The translations under genes and the position numbers were made by a program. DNA of 64,000 nucleotides from Salpingoeca rosetta (Eukaryota > Protista > Choanoflagellata): contig JAWQFM010000003.1 in the NCBI GenBank assembly GCA_033442325.1, positions 767,825 to 831,824 on the forward strand, in the 5' to 3' direction. Every line of letters starts with the position of its first letter. Within the stretch, counting starts at the first letter, position 1. Under the pieces are notes generated by a model. That model saw nothing but the letters and a program-made list of their open reading frames with translations, was not told where the DNA came from and made no database searches. This document shows, piece after piece, positions 1-13,363 of the stretch.

Positions 1-551
1 CGGGCTACGACAGAGACAAGGGAAGGAAAACATGGTCGTACTTGCACACAGACATGCAGAGAGACGGGGAGAGACGAATGAAACATATCCACACACACAC
101 ACAACCAACACGCAAACACACACACACGCAAGCACACCACACACACATACACACACACACCAGTACAAGCACCGGTACCCCCCCTCTCACACACACGCAC
201 ACACTCGAGCCACGGGCACACCTTGCAGGCATGGGCAGTCCCAGTCAATCTCGCCGGAAGGGCCAACTGCTTCCCCCAGGTCAGGGCGCAAGGGCGCCTT
301 GTCCTTATCCTCAACGATGTTCATCTCCTCCTCCGATTCTGGCGTGGTGAAGATGACCACATCCTTCTCCTCTGAACCCGGCACATGGGGTGCAGCAACC
401 CACAACAGACAAGAGTGTGAGCATGAGCCTGGACCACGCAAATGGTTGCCACCGTGGAAACGATGACCACAGTACACACAACGACACGCACACAACGACA
501 CGCCCACAACGACGCGCATACAACGACACGCATACAACGACACGCACATAC

Positions 552-604
<53 letters not shown>

Positions 605-663
605 AGACGCACATGCACACCAGCACCACGTGACAGCGTCATCTCACCTTGCTGGGCGCTCAT
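1..663 (-). CDS. CHCHD4: Mitochondrial intermembrane-space import oxidoreductase Mia40/CHCHD4 (5' part; runs off the window start)
   Basis: Exon 663-648 (MSAQQ, donor GTGAG) joins exon 371-222 (EEKDVVIFTT...GEIDWDCPCLQ). The IDWDCPCL catalytic CPC motif is diagnostic. A probable next acceptor (TAG) lies at 7-5. The twin CX9C domain lies outside the window. Confidence 0.88.
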
Positions 664-891
664 CGTGGTCGTGGGTGTTGCGGTTTCGATGTGTTTCAGC
701 GAAAAATACACAAAAATACAGCAAATCCTCCACAACCCGCGAACGAAAAGGCGACCAGTGGCACACACCGACTGTCTCTCCGCACACCTTCCACTGACAC
801 ACGAACGAGTAGCGTGTCTCCTGCCGTTGTTGCTGACGACCAACCTTTCCTTTCATACAAATCACATCAATCGCAGTGACAGACAGACACA

Positions 892-3070
892 ATGGACGCG
901 GGAAGTGCTGTCACAGGGTTCTTGAAGGCTGTGAATCGAGCCTGCGCCACAGAGGATGGCCCAGCGCTGGCCAGGCTGCTGTCACTGCGCGACGGGCACG
1001 TCCCGCACGTCTACCGCGGCGTGCCCGCGGTGAACGTGGAGGCGCTGGCATCCAGCCTCATCAAGGCAGAGCGACCCGTGGCTGCTGTGGCAGCAGCGCA
1101 CCTGCGCGCCGCTTCAAAGCTCATGACTGGAAACATGGAAGACGCGTTCAACCACCAGTGCACGTGCTGCGACAAGCTCGCCGCATACATCAGCGAGGTT
1201 GAGGAAGGAAACTGGCAGCTGAAGGCCCTCAACATTGTCATGTTCGAGCTGCGGCAGCTCGCCAAGCTCGTGGACGAGATGCTTGCGGGGCAAGACCAGC
1301 AGGTTGAGGCCATCAGCAAGGCCACGCGCCTCTTCCAGGACTGCTTTCGCGCTGTGGGCAACGATCGCCGTGCGGACATTGCGCGGAGCAAGAAGGTTGG
1401 CATGATGTTCATCGCAAATCACATGTTCAACCTCGCCTTCAGAGACAACAACTTTGCCTACGTCAACACCATCATCCGCACCATGAACTCCAACAAACGC
1501 ATCGAGCACTATCAACCCATGTGCCATCGAGTTACCTTCTACTATTACATGGGTCGCAAGGCGCTCCTGGACGCAGCATACGGGTGCGTGTGCTTGTTGC
1601 TTCTGTGTGTTTGTGTGTATGTGTGTGTGTGTGTACGTGTGTGTGTTTGTGTGTTTGTGTGTGTATGTGTGTGTACGTGTGTGTGTATGTGTGTTTGTGT
1701 GTGTATATGTGTGTGTACGTGTGTGTGTTTGTGTGTTTGTGTGTGTATGTGTGTGTGTACGTGTGTGTTTGTGTGTTTGATTGTGCGCGCGAGTTTGTGT
1801 GTGTGTGTGTGTTGTTGTTGTGTGTCATTGTTTGATTGTGCGAGGCGTTTGGTGGACTTGTCCATGTGCTTTCTTGTAGTGGAAGTATCGTCAAATGCTT
1901 GTTGCAGCAGCAACCATCGCGGGTTTCTTCCTCATCCATCACACCTGCACTTTGCTCGCTTGTCTCTTTTGGCAGCGAGGCTCGCACATACTTCGAAAAG
2001 GCGTTGCAGCATTGCCACAAGGACAGCACCCGAAACCTTCGTCTCATCCTCCTCAACTTGGTTGGTATTCACAGGGCCTCTGCTCCAACGCTGTTTGCCA
2101 CCATAATTGCTCTCCTTGCTCTAACCAGCGCTGCATGAACGCTGCTACATGCCCATCGTCCATCCGCTTGCATTTCCTGCCCCATGTGAGCTGGTTCAAC
2201 ATGTACTGCTCTTCGCTCACCATTGCCGCACTTCGCTCACAATTGCTGTGCTTGTTTCGGCTCTCTGTTGCCGCCATTGCGTCACCTCTACACGCTCGCT
2301 GCAACCACAACCAGATACCCGTGAACATGCTTCTTGGGCGAATGCCGACGCTGGAGCTGCTGCAAGAGCACGACCTGTTGCAGTTCCACGCGCTCACGCA
2401 GGCCCTCAAAGTTGGCGATCTTCCGTCCCTCGACAAGGTTGGTGTGTGAAGGTGCAGCGTGATTTGCACATGTATGCGCGTGAGTGACTGCTGTGCTTGG
2501 TTCCGTGTGCGTGTGGTTGTCGTGCAGGGGTAGTGTGCGAGATACACACTCTGTTTTTGGTTTTGTCAGTTCATGCATCATCAGCCTGCATTTCTGCGAT
2601 TACCCTCAAGAACCACACCCACGCACACGCACACACACGCACACAGGAGTTGGAAACGCACCAGGAGTTTTTCACAAAGTGGAACGTCTTCCTTGTCTTG
2701 CAGAAGCTGCAGCTGCTTGCGTACAGAAACCTCTTCAAGCGAGTGTACGTCGCTGACGTCGTTGCGGTGTTGCTGCTCCCGTATCTGTGCCTTTGTGTCG
2801 CGCGCATGCTTCCACCACAAAAGTCACATACAGTCCCAGACAGTCATGCACACCGTCACATGCAGTCATAAATGCATTCTCATGCACGCATGCACGCACT
2901 TGCACAAAGATCCAATGGCTCATTCCAGTTAACATCCCACTGTACAGACATGCGTTGCAGCAAGGAAAGACGCAGATTCACCTCCGTGTGTTTCACCAGG
3001 CCTTGCAGTGCATTGGGGTTAGTGCTCGCACATTTGTGGCTGGCTTCGTGTCCAAGTCTCTGAGTCTGCG

Positions 3071-3135
<65 letters not shown>

Positions 3136-3158
3136 CACACGCACACACACACGCACAC

Positions 3159-3195
<37 letters not shown>

Positions 3196-3432
3196 ACATG
3201 TGCACTGTTTCTCTCTGCCTCGCTGCCTTCATCCTTCTCATGTGCATCTGCTGTCCTCCCCCCTCCCAACCGCCACTGTTGCCAGATGGAAGACGTGGAC
3301 ATGGACGAGACAGAGTGCATCATGGCAAACCTGATCCACCACCTCTACGTCCGTGGGTATATTTCGTTCCAGAAGAAGATTGTTGTGTTCTCTGCTGAGC
3401 TTCCCTTCCCACCCGTTGGCTCGCGCGTGTGA
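892..3432 (+). CDS. PCID2: PCI domain-containing protein 2 (TREX-2/CSN12/Thp1 family)
   Basis: Exons 892-1583, 1976-2060, 2315-2437, 2647-2744, 2948-3017 and 3286-3432 join in frame with GT-AG sites. Motifs: [64 protein letters not shown] (PCI winged helix). Confidence 0.92.
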
Positions 3433-3829
3433 CGTTCTCCAAGATGTCAGGGAGTGATGATGATGGCCGTGGTGGCAGCGGCAGCGGTGGTGTTGCTGAA
3501 GGAAATGAGGAGAGAAGGGCGGGCCAAGAGAGACGAGAGTACAGCTCAAGTCGGTGTGTGTGTGTGTTTGTTTTCTTACTCGTCTTGCGATGTACGCACA
3601 AGCCTCAAGGTGGCCATGACGAGAATTGTCAATGTCCTGTGTGATAGATGTGTGTCAAAGTGTGGGGTGCCTTGTTTGCTTGCCACTCTCATCCCCCAAA
3701 TAAACGCATCACCATAACGCTTTACTCAAGTCATGTCACTGGCGTGTACTGTCACACAAGGGAGGGAGGGAGGTAGTGCTTGCTGCTTGGATGGATTGAA
3801 ACTCATGCTGGTTGTTGTTGCAGGCAGAG

Positions 3830-3909
<80 letters not shown>

Positions 3910-4655
3910 AGGGGGAGGGTGCGGGTGGAAATAAAAGCACCTAAGAGTAGCGAGTCACAATCATGCGGGAGACGATGACACAAACACGTGAACATCACAA
4001 GTATGTACTGGACCAAGCGAAGCCTAGCATGCAACCAAATCACCACGAAAGGCAAGCGAAATAAAACAAACCGGCATACGTCAACATGAAGGGGAGAAGA
4101 AAGTGGTGCAAGAGGGACAATCATGCAGTCATGGATTTAGGCACAGACACGCATCCAAGTGGAGGGCCTCAAAAACCTTGCATGTATGCATCAGACCGAA
4201 TGGAAGCAAGGAGAAGAGTGGCCACAAAGGCCCCAAACCGAAAAGCAGAGAGGGAGGGATTGGCCAGAGTCTCAAATGCGTGGGCACCACAGCAACAATG
4301 GCATAAAGTGTCTACACCCAAAGCACAGCACAGCACACACACACACACACACACACACGCACAAGTACCGTAAACAGACATTGTTGGTTGTGATGGGTGG
4401 TGATGAGATGTAACAATCACCCATGAAAAGCTGAGTGTGACGATGAAACTGACAGCGACAAATAGCGTACTGGTAGTGACAGGCACAAAACGTGCTTTCT
4501 GAGCTGGGATGAAGGGATGGAGCATAGACAGACTGGGTAGAAAAGAGAAATGGATGAAGCTCACGCGCTCAGAGAGGCGGCTGTACCCAGGTACCCAGTC
4601 TCATGGCCTGCGCTCTCCATTCCTCGTGTATCATGGCGTTGCTGTTCCTCTTCCT

Positions 4656-7016
4656 TCACAGTTGAGGAGAGCCCTGAACCGCACACAGCCGGCACACATG
4701 GGTTGCGTGAGACATCATTGTTAGGTTGGCCCACACGTGTGGGTACACACACATGCACACACACATACACACGCACAACCGCAAGCACCCAACCGCTCGC
4801 AAAGAAGTGCTGCAGTTCTGCTTGCTTGCTGTCTCACCATGTACGGCTGCATAGAATAGGGTGAAGGGATGGACGGGACACCCTGGGAAACATCAAGACG
4901 TCAATACGTAATGAATGTCGTGAGACGTGATGTTACATGGCGTACACGAGCTCAGAGCCGTGTTGCCACGCGTGAGAACAGGACTGAGGCAGGCAGATTC
5001 ACCACTCACGTACACGCTTGCACACAATGAGGAAGATGACGCAAGGTCCGCGTCGTACAGTGGCAGGTGTGCACAAGATTTCCCACACACACTCACCATG
5101 AAGTAGCCTGAGGGAATAGAGACGGGAATCGGCGCCATCTGCGTGTGCACGCCGTGATGGTGGTGGTGGTGATGGTGGTGGTGGGGTGGTGCTGGTGTAA
5201 AATGATGGGGCGCGAACTGGGTCATGGGCGAGCGCGGGTGCCAGTCACTCTGCAAGCAAGCATGCATCCAACCAACGGCGTGGTGCAATGAACGCGAAGG
5301 GATGTGAAGATGAGGGCGGGCAACCACAAAATAGACCACCATACGTTGATACTGTACACACATTTCACACCGCAAACGCACACACACATGTATGTCATCC
5401 CACACACACACGCACTCTCTCTCTCACACACACACACTCGCACATGCAAACATACAGAAGTACATACCTTGTGTTCCTCAGCTGCTGCTTGCGATGACGA
5501 CAAGGCAGATGCAGAAGCGAGTGTCTGGATCAGTTGAGCAGGCGTGCCGTCATACCAAGGGTAAGCACCTTCACTTTTACAATTGCACTGACGATGGCGG
5601 CATTGCAGCCGTCATTCGTGAAGCAAAGCAGGTACAAGCAAGCAAAGCAAGCACAAGCAAGCAAACCCAACAGCATACAGTTGCAACTGTATCCATAAAC
5701 CAACACCCACATATACACACCTCCTTGAGCATCTTCTCGCATGCGTCGACGACATCAACTTCGCGTGCGCGCAACTCAATCAGTCGCTGCACCTTCCGAT
5801 TGCCCTGTGCATCAACGTACACGTGCTCCTCTTGCGTCACGTTGATTTCGCATCCTGTGTGCGCCTGTCGTTTGCGGTGTGACAATGCAATGCATAGTAC
5901 AGGCATGTGTGTGAGTTCCCACTGCTTTGTAGCATGAAATATGGCAGTGTCACTGTCTGTAGACCCACCATTACACATGTTCACACACAAATCACAAGAA
6001 CACGCGAGCGCACACACACACACATACACACACACTCTCTCTCGCAATCGAGGTGCAATCCCTCCCTCCCTCCTCCTCCTCCTCGTCTGCCACGCACCTG
6101 CAGGCTCTGTACACGAGATCCGTGTTTGCCGATGACGATGCCAACTTGACTCTCGTCAATGAAGATGTTCCTGCGGACGCCTGCTTTGGGCCCGTCAAGC
6201 TTGAGGTGTCGCACAGCAATGAGGTTGGAAATGAACCGTTCCAGCTCAGCCACACCCTCTGCCGGGCCCACCAGCGCAATCTCCTTCACCTTAACCATGG
6301 CTTGCGCATGGGTTTCCTTTGCAGTTGGTGACGCTGCTTCCTCAGCAAGCCCCGTCTGCGCCGTGCTCTCCTTCACGGCCGGTGACGAGGCTGTGGGCGA
6401 GGGCATGGTAGCTGTGGTTGGAGAGTGGGTGTTGCTGCCAGTCATTACTGCTGTCTGGTGGTCATCGTAGTCGCTCTCACCGCCGTCGCACACCCCGCGC
6501 TCTTCATCGTCGTCACGGCCATCGCCGCTGCTGGTTGTGCCCTTAGCGTTGGGCGTGGAGCCCGATGGCGCGAGGGTAAAGTTGTCGCGCAGGGACGAGG
6601 CCGGCACCTCCAGCTCCGTCTCCACATTGAGGTGCGTGTTTGTCTCCAACTGCAGTTGCCGGATGGTGCTGCCGTTCTTCCCGATGACACCACCAACATC
6701 CGCAAACGGAATCTAAAACGCAATTGTTGGTTGTTGGTTTGGTGTTGTTGAGACAGTACGCGTGAGCGCCCGACAGGCGATTCGTCACTGCAGCGCAACA
6801 CACACACACACACACACAACTATCTTAATTATCTTCCACATCCAGCAGTTTTACGCGTGTGTGCATATGGGTACTCACATGCAGAACTTTTCGGATGTGG
6901 CCCTGTGGAATGGAGGCGCCATCGCTCTTGCTGATAATCTGGTCAATGCGCTCGCAGCACTGGTTCACCTGGGGATGGAAGTGGCGGGCGAAGTGGATGT
7001 GAGTCACCAGAGTGCA

Positions 7017-7087
<71 letters not shown>

Positions 7088-7801
7088 ATAACAATGCATG
7101 GGTACATATGTTCTGTGTGCCGTCGGTATTGAGCAGCGGTATTGCCCCCGCAATAAGTCAAGCGTACCACAGGAATCAAGACGAAAACACACACACACAC
7201 ACACACACCTTGTCTGGCATGCCCATGACGGTGATGGGGCGGGTGGTGGCGTGGCCATCGGGTGGTGGCAGTTGCAATGCAACGCTGTATGTCTGCTCAA
7301 GTGTCCTGAGTGTGTTGCCCTCGGCACCAATGATGAGGCCCACTTTGTTCTCGGGAATCGGAACACGGCGGGCATAGCCTGCAATACGCGCGAGAGGGAG
7401 GCGGGAATTGGAGTGACGGGTAAGGTGAATGACACACAGGCTGACATAATTTGTACACTGACAGAGTGTGCGTGGGTTTGCATGTGCGTGTTTGTTGGCA
7501 GACACGACATCGGCATCACGGGGCATGTGACATCGCAGACAATCATTGTTGAGTGACATGGCTCTGTACCAAGGCGCAGCTCTTCCTCAAGACAGAGCTG
7601 GGCATCCTGCTTTGAGCTTGTATGCCGACGTATGAGCATCTTTGCATATTCCAGCTGAAAGAGGGTTATCGTAACGGTACGCAGCACGAAGTGGAATTCA
7701 CTGATGAGCCATCACACTGGTGAACAAGCAGCCGGCAAAGCCCTGTCTACGAGCGACCAGTGAAAACTGTGCTCGTCAACACTCCAGACCCCACGCAAAC
7801 A

Positions 7802-7846
<45 letters not shown>

Positions 7847-10786
7847 CCCGATGTGCCGACTCTCCTCCCGCCGCACCTACGCACTTGCTCTTGCGATCCG
7901 CGGATCTGGACCATCTGCTGGTGGGGCTGCTGGTGGGGCTGTTGTGCACCGAAGCTGCAATCGTGCATTGTGCGAACGTCGTCGCCGCTCGAGTCGAGGT
8001 CGCTGCTTGAGAGGGCCAGTCGCACCGGTGAGTCGCTTGTGCGCACGTGCGGTGAGAGAGACAGGTCCGCCGTGGAGGATGTGATGCACGAGATTGGGGA
8101 GATTTGGTCGCGGCTCGTGTCGTTGCTGCTGCTGCTGCCACCATCTACGCTGGTAACGACGTTGCCAGTGAGGGTGATGCGTGCTCCGGATAGCAACTGC
8201 ATCAGCCTGATTGTCGCCCCTTTCTTGCCAATCAGCAGCCCAATCTGTCCGCAATGCAGACAACAATGCGAAGCAAAGCAAAACAAGCACGTTGAGGACA
8301 GACAAAACACGATCAAAGCAACACCACCACAACTCAGTTTGCATCTAAGCTTGCGCCTGGGACCCCAAACACTCCGCCTCCACCACCAACACGACAGATG
8401 CGCAGAAGGCAAGCACACCACTACCTTTGATTCGTCGATGGCCATTGTCTCGTGTGTAAAGGGAGGAACCTTGCTGTGGCCCTGTGCAATCAGATAGTCA
8501 ACTTTGTCCTTCAACAGTCGCAGGCATGTTTCAACCTGCGGCAATGGTGTATGGTGGTGAGTGGTGGCAACGGACGATGGCGTTGATAACAGTGGCAAGA
8601 AAGGGGAGTGCGCGGAGTCAAGCCATGGCCACACGTCACAACGACTTGTTCATAGTTTCGCATACATAGCGTCACATGTGGTGGTTGCACTGCACCTGTG
8701 AGGAATCGCCGACAATGACGGCCTCAATGTCATCACTCTCTGCCTTGTCTTGCATCTGGCAATACACAGAGCAGGCAGGTGTAAATGACTGAAATGAGGC
8801 TTCACGTGAGACCAATGCACCGAGCTCAAAGCAGTAGAATTCAAACACTCAGCTGCAAGTGATTGCGTAAACGCGTGACATCAAATCACTTCCACCGTTG
8901 GTGGGCAAACGTTGCTGTTCTGTTCCTCTCACCTTTGGAATGTGAATGGCAGCACCGGACTGCTGTTGCAGCTGCTTCACTGCGTATCCCTTGCGCCCAA
9001 CAACAAGTGCCGTGAGGTAGCTGGGGAACGAGAATGTGCGCGTGACGCGCAGGGCACCAAACGACTGCTGCGACGGCGACGACCGCGCTCCTGTCCCTCC
9101 GTGCTGCCCCGCTGGTCGCGAGTCCGACTGCACATGTGCATGTAGTAGGTGTGTGTGGGTGTGTGAAGAGAGGAAAAGTGTGCATGCATGTGCATGTGCA
9201 TGAGAGAGCGTGTGTGTGTGCATGTGCATGAGAGAGCGTGTGTGTGCCTTGTGTGGTGCGAGCGGCCAGTGCCAGTGAGAGGTCACGGCAATGGAGAACG
9301 GCAACGTATTCGGTGATTTACAGGTGGAAGGAGACAAAGCATACCTGCAGCATGAGAAGCTCGATGCCAAGCTTCACCTGTCCACTTAGTCCTTGCAGGT
9401 ATACGTGGGCCGTGGCAGGGTCTGCAGAACGAGCACACATTCAAGCATGAGCTAGCTCTAAGGAGACGAGCCAAGCTGACACACACGCACACACACACAA
9501 AGCTGGTGGGTATCTGTGTACTAACTGGTTGGGTCTGGGCTGGAGGTGACCTCGGCGCCCGATTTGGTCTGGATGTCTTGGAAGAGATAAGGCAGCGACG
9601 ACAGCAGCGCAGCACTCATCGGCACCGTGGCCGTCTGTCAAGTTTGACAGATGGCAAACGAGGTGTTGCATGAGCAAGTGTACGCATGACAGTGAGCGTG
9701 CGTCGTGTAGCCTTGTCCAAAAAGCAGAGCGTGTGTAACTTCAGTGCAGCGCATGTAGCGACGTGCAGCTGAGTGCTCCTGTAAAATGCATCGCCGCATT
9801 CTGAACCAGCCACCAGTGCATGGGGTGAATTTAGAGCGCCGGGCCGGCGTACCTGCACTGGGAGCTGCCGTGCAACGCTGACGTCGATGAGAACACCACC
9901 AGTAAGCCCCTGACGGCGGGAAATCGAGTTGAGCTGTCGTTCAACCAACACCTGTGAACATGCGTGCACGTAAGGTAGTTTGCGTGAGCCAAAAGTCAAA
10001 GCACAGTGTAGTTACTCGTTGCAATGCCATCACTACTTGGACCGTCAGCACAAGCCATACGCAACTGCACTGCACTACACTCGATACACGTGCGCACGCA
10101 CGCACTCACGCACGCACGCACATATGCACACACACGCATATACACAAATGCCCCACAAAGACAAACACAAAGACAAACACGCACACACACCCACACCCAA
10201 CACCACCGACCTGTGCCTTGAGGATGCTTGAGACGGTGCCTTGGAAGATGACCAGGCCGCAGTAGAGGCTCAGCTGCTGAATCATGATGGAGCATCCTGT
10301 TGTTGTACAGCGCATGAGGCATACATGTGATGCAAGCGGAAGGGAAGAGCAGACACAAGGTGAGACGGCAAGCAAGCAAGCACCGGCGAATTGACGGGGC
10401 AGCGAGGGCATCAGATGCGAACGCACACGAAACAAGGCAAGGCAAGGCAAGGAAAGGGAGAAGGGACACCATACCAGACTCGTTGTTGATGCGCTGAATC
10501 TTTTCTCCACCACGACCGATGATGATAGACACCATTTCGCGTGGGAGGGCCGCTTCAAGCGTTTGCGTTGGTCCAAACGAGTAGTTGCCGCGCAGATCCT
10601 AAGAGCAGCAGCAGGTTTGGGCACAGTGAAGGTGAGCACGGATGCCATTGCGATAAGGCTTGTAGCAGCCACGCACTGCTGTCGCCGACTACGAGGTGCC
10701 CCACCTACACGCAATCGCACTCAATGACAAGCAAGCAAACAAGCAAGCAAACAGACACAGACACCCACCCAAAAGCACGCCCACTC

Positions 10787-10818
<32 letters not shown>

Positions 10819-11775
10819 TGCTGTTACTTACGCTTTCGATGCGGTGTGCAAGGTCGGCAGCTGCAGGTTCGATGCCGTATGCGTTGCCTCGAATCTGCAA
10901 AGTAGAAGATAAGAGCGGCGTGTGAGTGGGCTGTCATTCTGGTACGTGTGCTGATATGGTACAGAGGTGTGAGCATCATCACCTGCACTGTAGCCGTGGA
11001 CTGGAGATTGCTGATGATGTGGAATGTGACGCCTGCACGCGGGAGCGAGCCACAAACAGGCATGAAAGTCCGGCATGAAGGTCAGCAAGTGGATATACGC
11101 ATGAAGTGCTGGAGCATGGTACATCCAAGGATATGGCAGACAGTGGACGGGGGGGGGGTCGCGTACAGAGAGTAAGCAAGCAGGCACCACGTACGACGAG
11201 CACGCAGCAGTCTAACCATATCGAACGGAGAGGGGCTGCATGTGCTGCGAGATGTCGCATGCCATCCACCATGCCTGGGGAAACATGAGGTGCACGGCTT
11301 CGAGAAGCGACGCGCCCTCCTTTGCTGATGACGACCGCGGGTGCAAACCTGTGCAGTCGGGGTAACCGGTACAAGCGCGAGGCGTGGCAGGGGCCATAGC
11401 AAGGGCAGAGGAATGGACGGAGGAGGACGTGGTGGTGATGGTGGTGATGATTGTGGCGTCGTTAATTTCATCGTTGAAGTAGGGGTAGTAGTTGGTCGTG
11501 GCGTCAGCAGATAAAGTGGCATCGTGGGTGGTGTTGGGGGTCGCGGCATTACCGACGTCGGGGTCGTGGACAAGGCGGTCGTGGAGAACAAGCCCGTTGT
11601 TGAACATGGCGGGCAGGATGTCAGTGTTGGGGAAAGTGGGGTGAGTCACGGGAAGGGCGTCATTGGCGGTGGTGTTGGAGGTGAACACAGGGCGTGCATC
11701 AAGATGAGGGTCAGAAACAAAGGGAGAACAAGGGCGCGCTGAGGGAAGCGCTGAATCGCGGAGCGGCAGCTCCAT
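4656..11775 (-). CDS. Multi-KH-domain RNA-binding protein (ends approximate)
   Basis: Many short exons carry KH GxxG loops: IIGRGGEKIQRI (~10510), VVGRKGYAVKQL (~8995), LIGKKGATIRL (~8225), IIGAEGNTLRTL (~7325), VIGKNGSTIRQL (~6680), VIGKHGSRVQSL (~6125), plus degenerate KH units. First and last exons are uncertain. Confidence 0.8.
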
Positions 11776-13113
11776 AGTCGCCGTTATCTCCACAACGCAG
11801 TCACAAACACAGAGGAACGAGCGAAGCCGGAGAAGGGGGACAACAGCAAGTGGATACCGTTGGGCACACACTAGTCAACAGAAGCAAGCGTGGCAGTGCA
11901 AACAGCGAGGTGCTGAACACCAAACCCACCCCGGCCCCGGCTGGTCATCATCATGGTTGCTCTGCGAGTGTGCCTTGGAAGCAAGTGCTACAGGGTACGG
12001 TAGCTGTGGCGGGTGCGGAGGGTCAGGTGTGGGTTGGCACTGCAAACTAGCAGTCGGAGGGATTGAAGATGCGTGTGGTCAGTGGGCAAGCTGGGACCAC
12101 AGGTGGGCTGTCAGGTGCGAAGGTGAAGTGGTGGGCTGTGAGATACGATCATGCACAAGGAACAAGAGAAGGGGAGAGATGGATATGGGAACAAGCTTCT
12201 GCAACGGTTTGCGGCAGCGCACTTCGGAACAGTCGCTGAGGGCGCCAGTGTGTCGTGTCCGCCATGACCCGCCACGATAACACAGGACCATTGTCACACG
12301 TAACCGTCCGTCCTCATGACACTGCCTTATCCCCCCACCTCGCAGCAGACATTGGGCATACGACGCACCTCTCCGGGTGGTCAGGTACAGGCGGTGTAAG
12401 GTTGTGCCACCTTGTTGATCATCGGGGTCGGCGAGGAATGCGTGGCACTGCAAAGCGAGGCCAGCCAGTGCGAGGTTTGGCAGGCAGCACAAAGCGAGAA
12501 TAATTCCTGCATTCGTCACTGAGTTGTGCGTCGCTAACTGCACGCAAGAGGAGTGATGGCGATTGGTGAATGCAGCAGAGGACAGTTCGACTCGGTTCCC
12601 TGCGGTGTGGTTCAAGAATTGTCGGCACGGCGCAATTCATGTCCTTCCCTGACAGTCAGGAGCAGAGCCGATACTCTCTTCATCCCAGCCCCATCAAACT
12701 CATCCATCAAGCCAGCGTTCCGGGCAAATGACATCGTGGGATGCTCAGTGAGATTGGGGGGGGGGGAGCTGGGGAGGGTGAAGTGTGCGGACGAGTTGCT
12801 GTTGTATCACATCTTATCATCACATCATTGTCACATCACCACCAATGTTTATTGCTCGTTGGACAAAATAAATTCCGTACCTTTCGTATCTGTGGCACGT
12901 CCAACATCGGTCTCGAGGGAAGAACAACGAAGAACAAGACCCTAAGTCTCTAAGTCCCTAAGTCCATCTCCTCATCTCAGCTCAGGCTCATATCATGAGC
13001 ACTGCTCACCGGACAACAAACCCGAAGCATCGTGGCTTGAAAATTGACGAACATTTTCACCACTTTTCCCTAAAAGTAACTGACCACCACCTTGCTTGCT
13101 TGCTTGGTGGGCA

Positions 13114-13328
13114 ATGGCGACGGGGGATGTGCGGAACAACCTGCGAAGGTTGGAGCGGTCGCTGCGGAAGATACACTACGGCAGCGAATTGGATGTGAAA
13201 GGGTGAGATGCATATAAACCAACAAGGAACACGCATGCACACATGCTGCTGTCCAAACGCGGAAGCCCAACTCAGCACACACACACACACACGCACACAC
13301 ACTCACACACACTCACACTCACACTCAG

Positions 13329-13363
<35 letters not shown>

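Noticed and set aside
12553-12945. ORF with a SPRY-like fragment PAFRANDIVGC
   Set aside because: Only a short chance-level resemblance, with no further SPRY motifs or exon structure.
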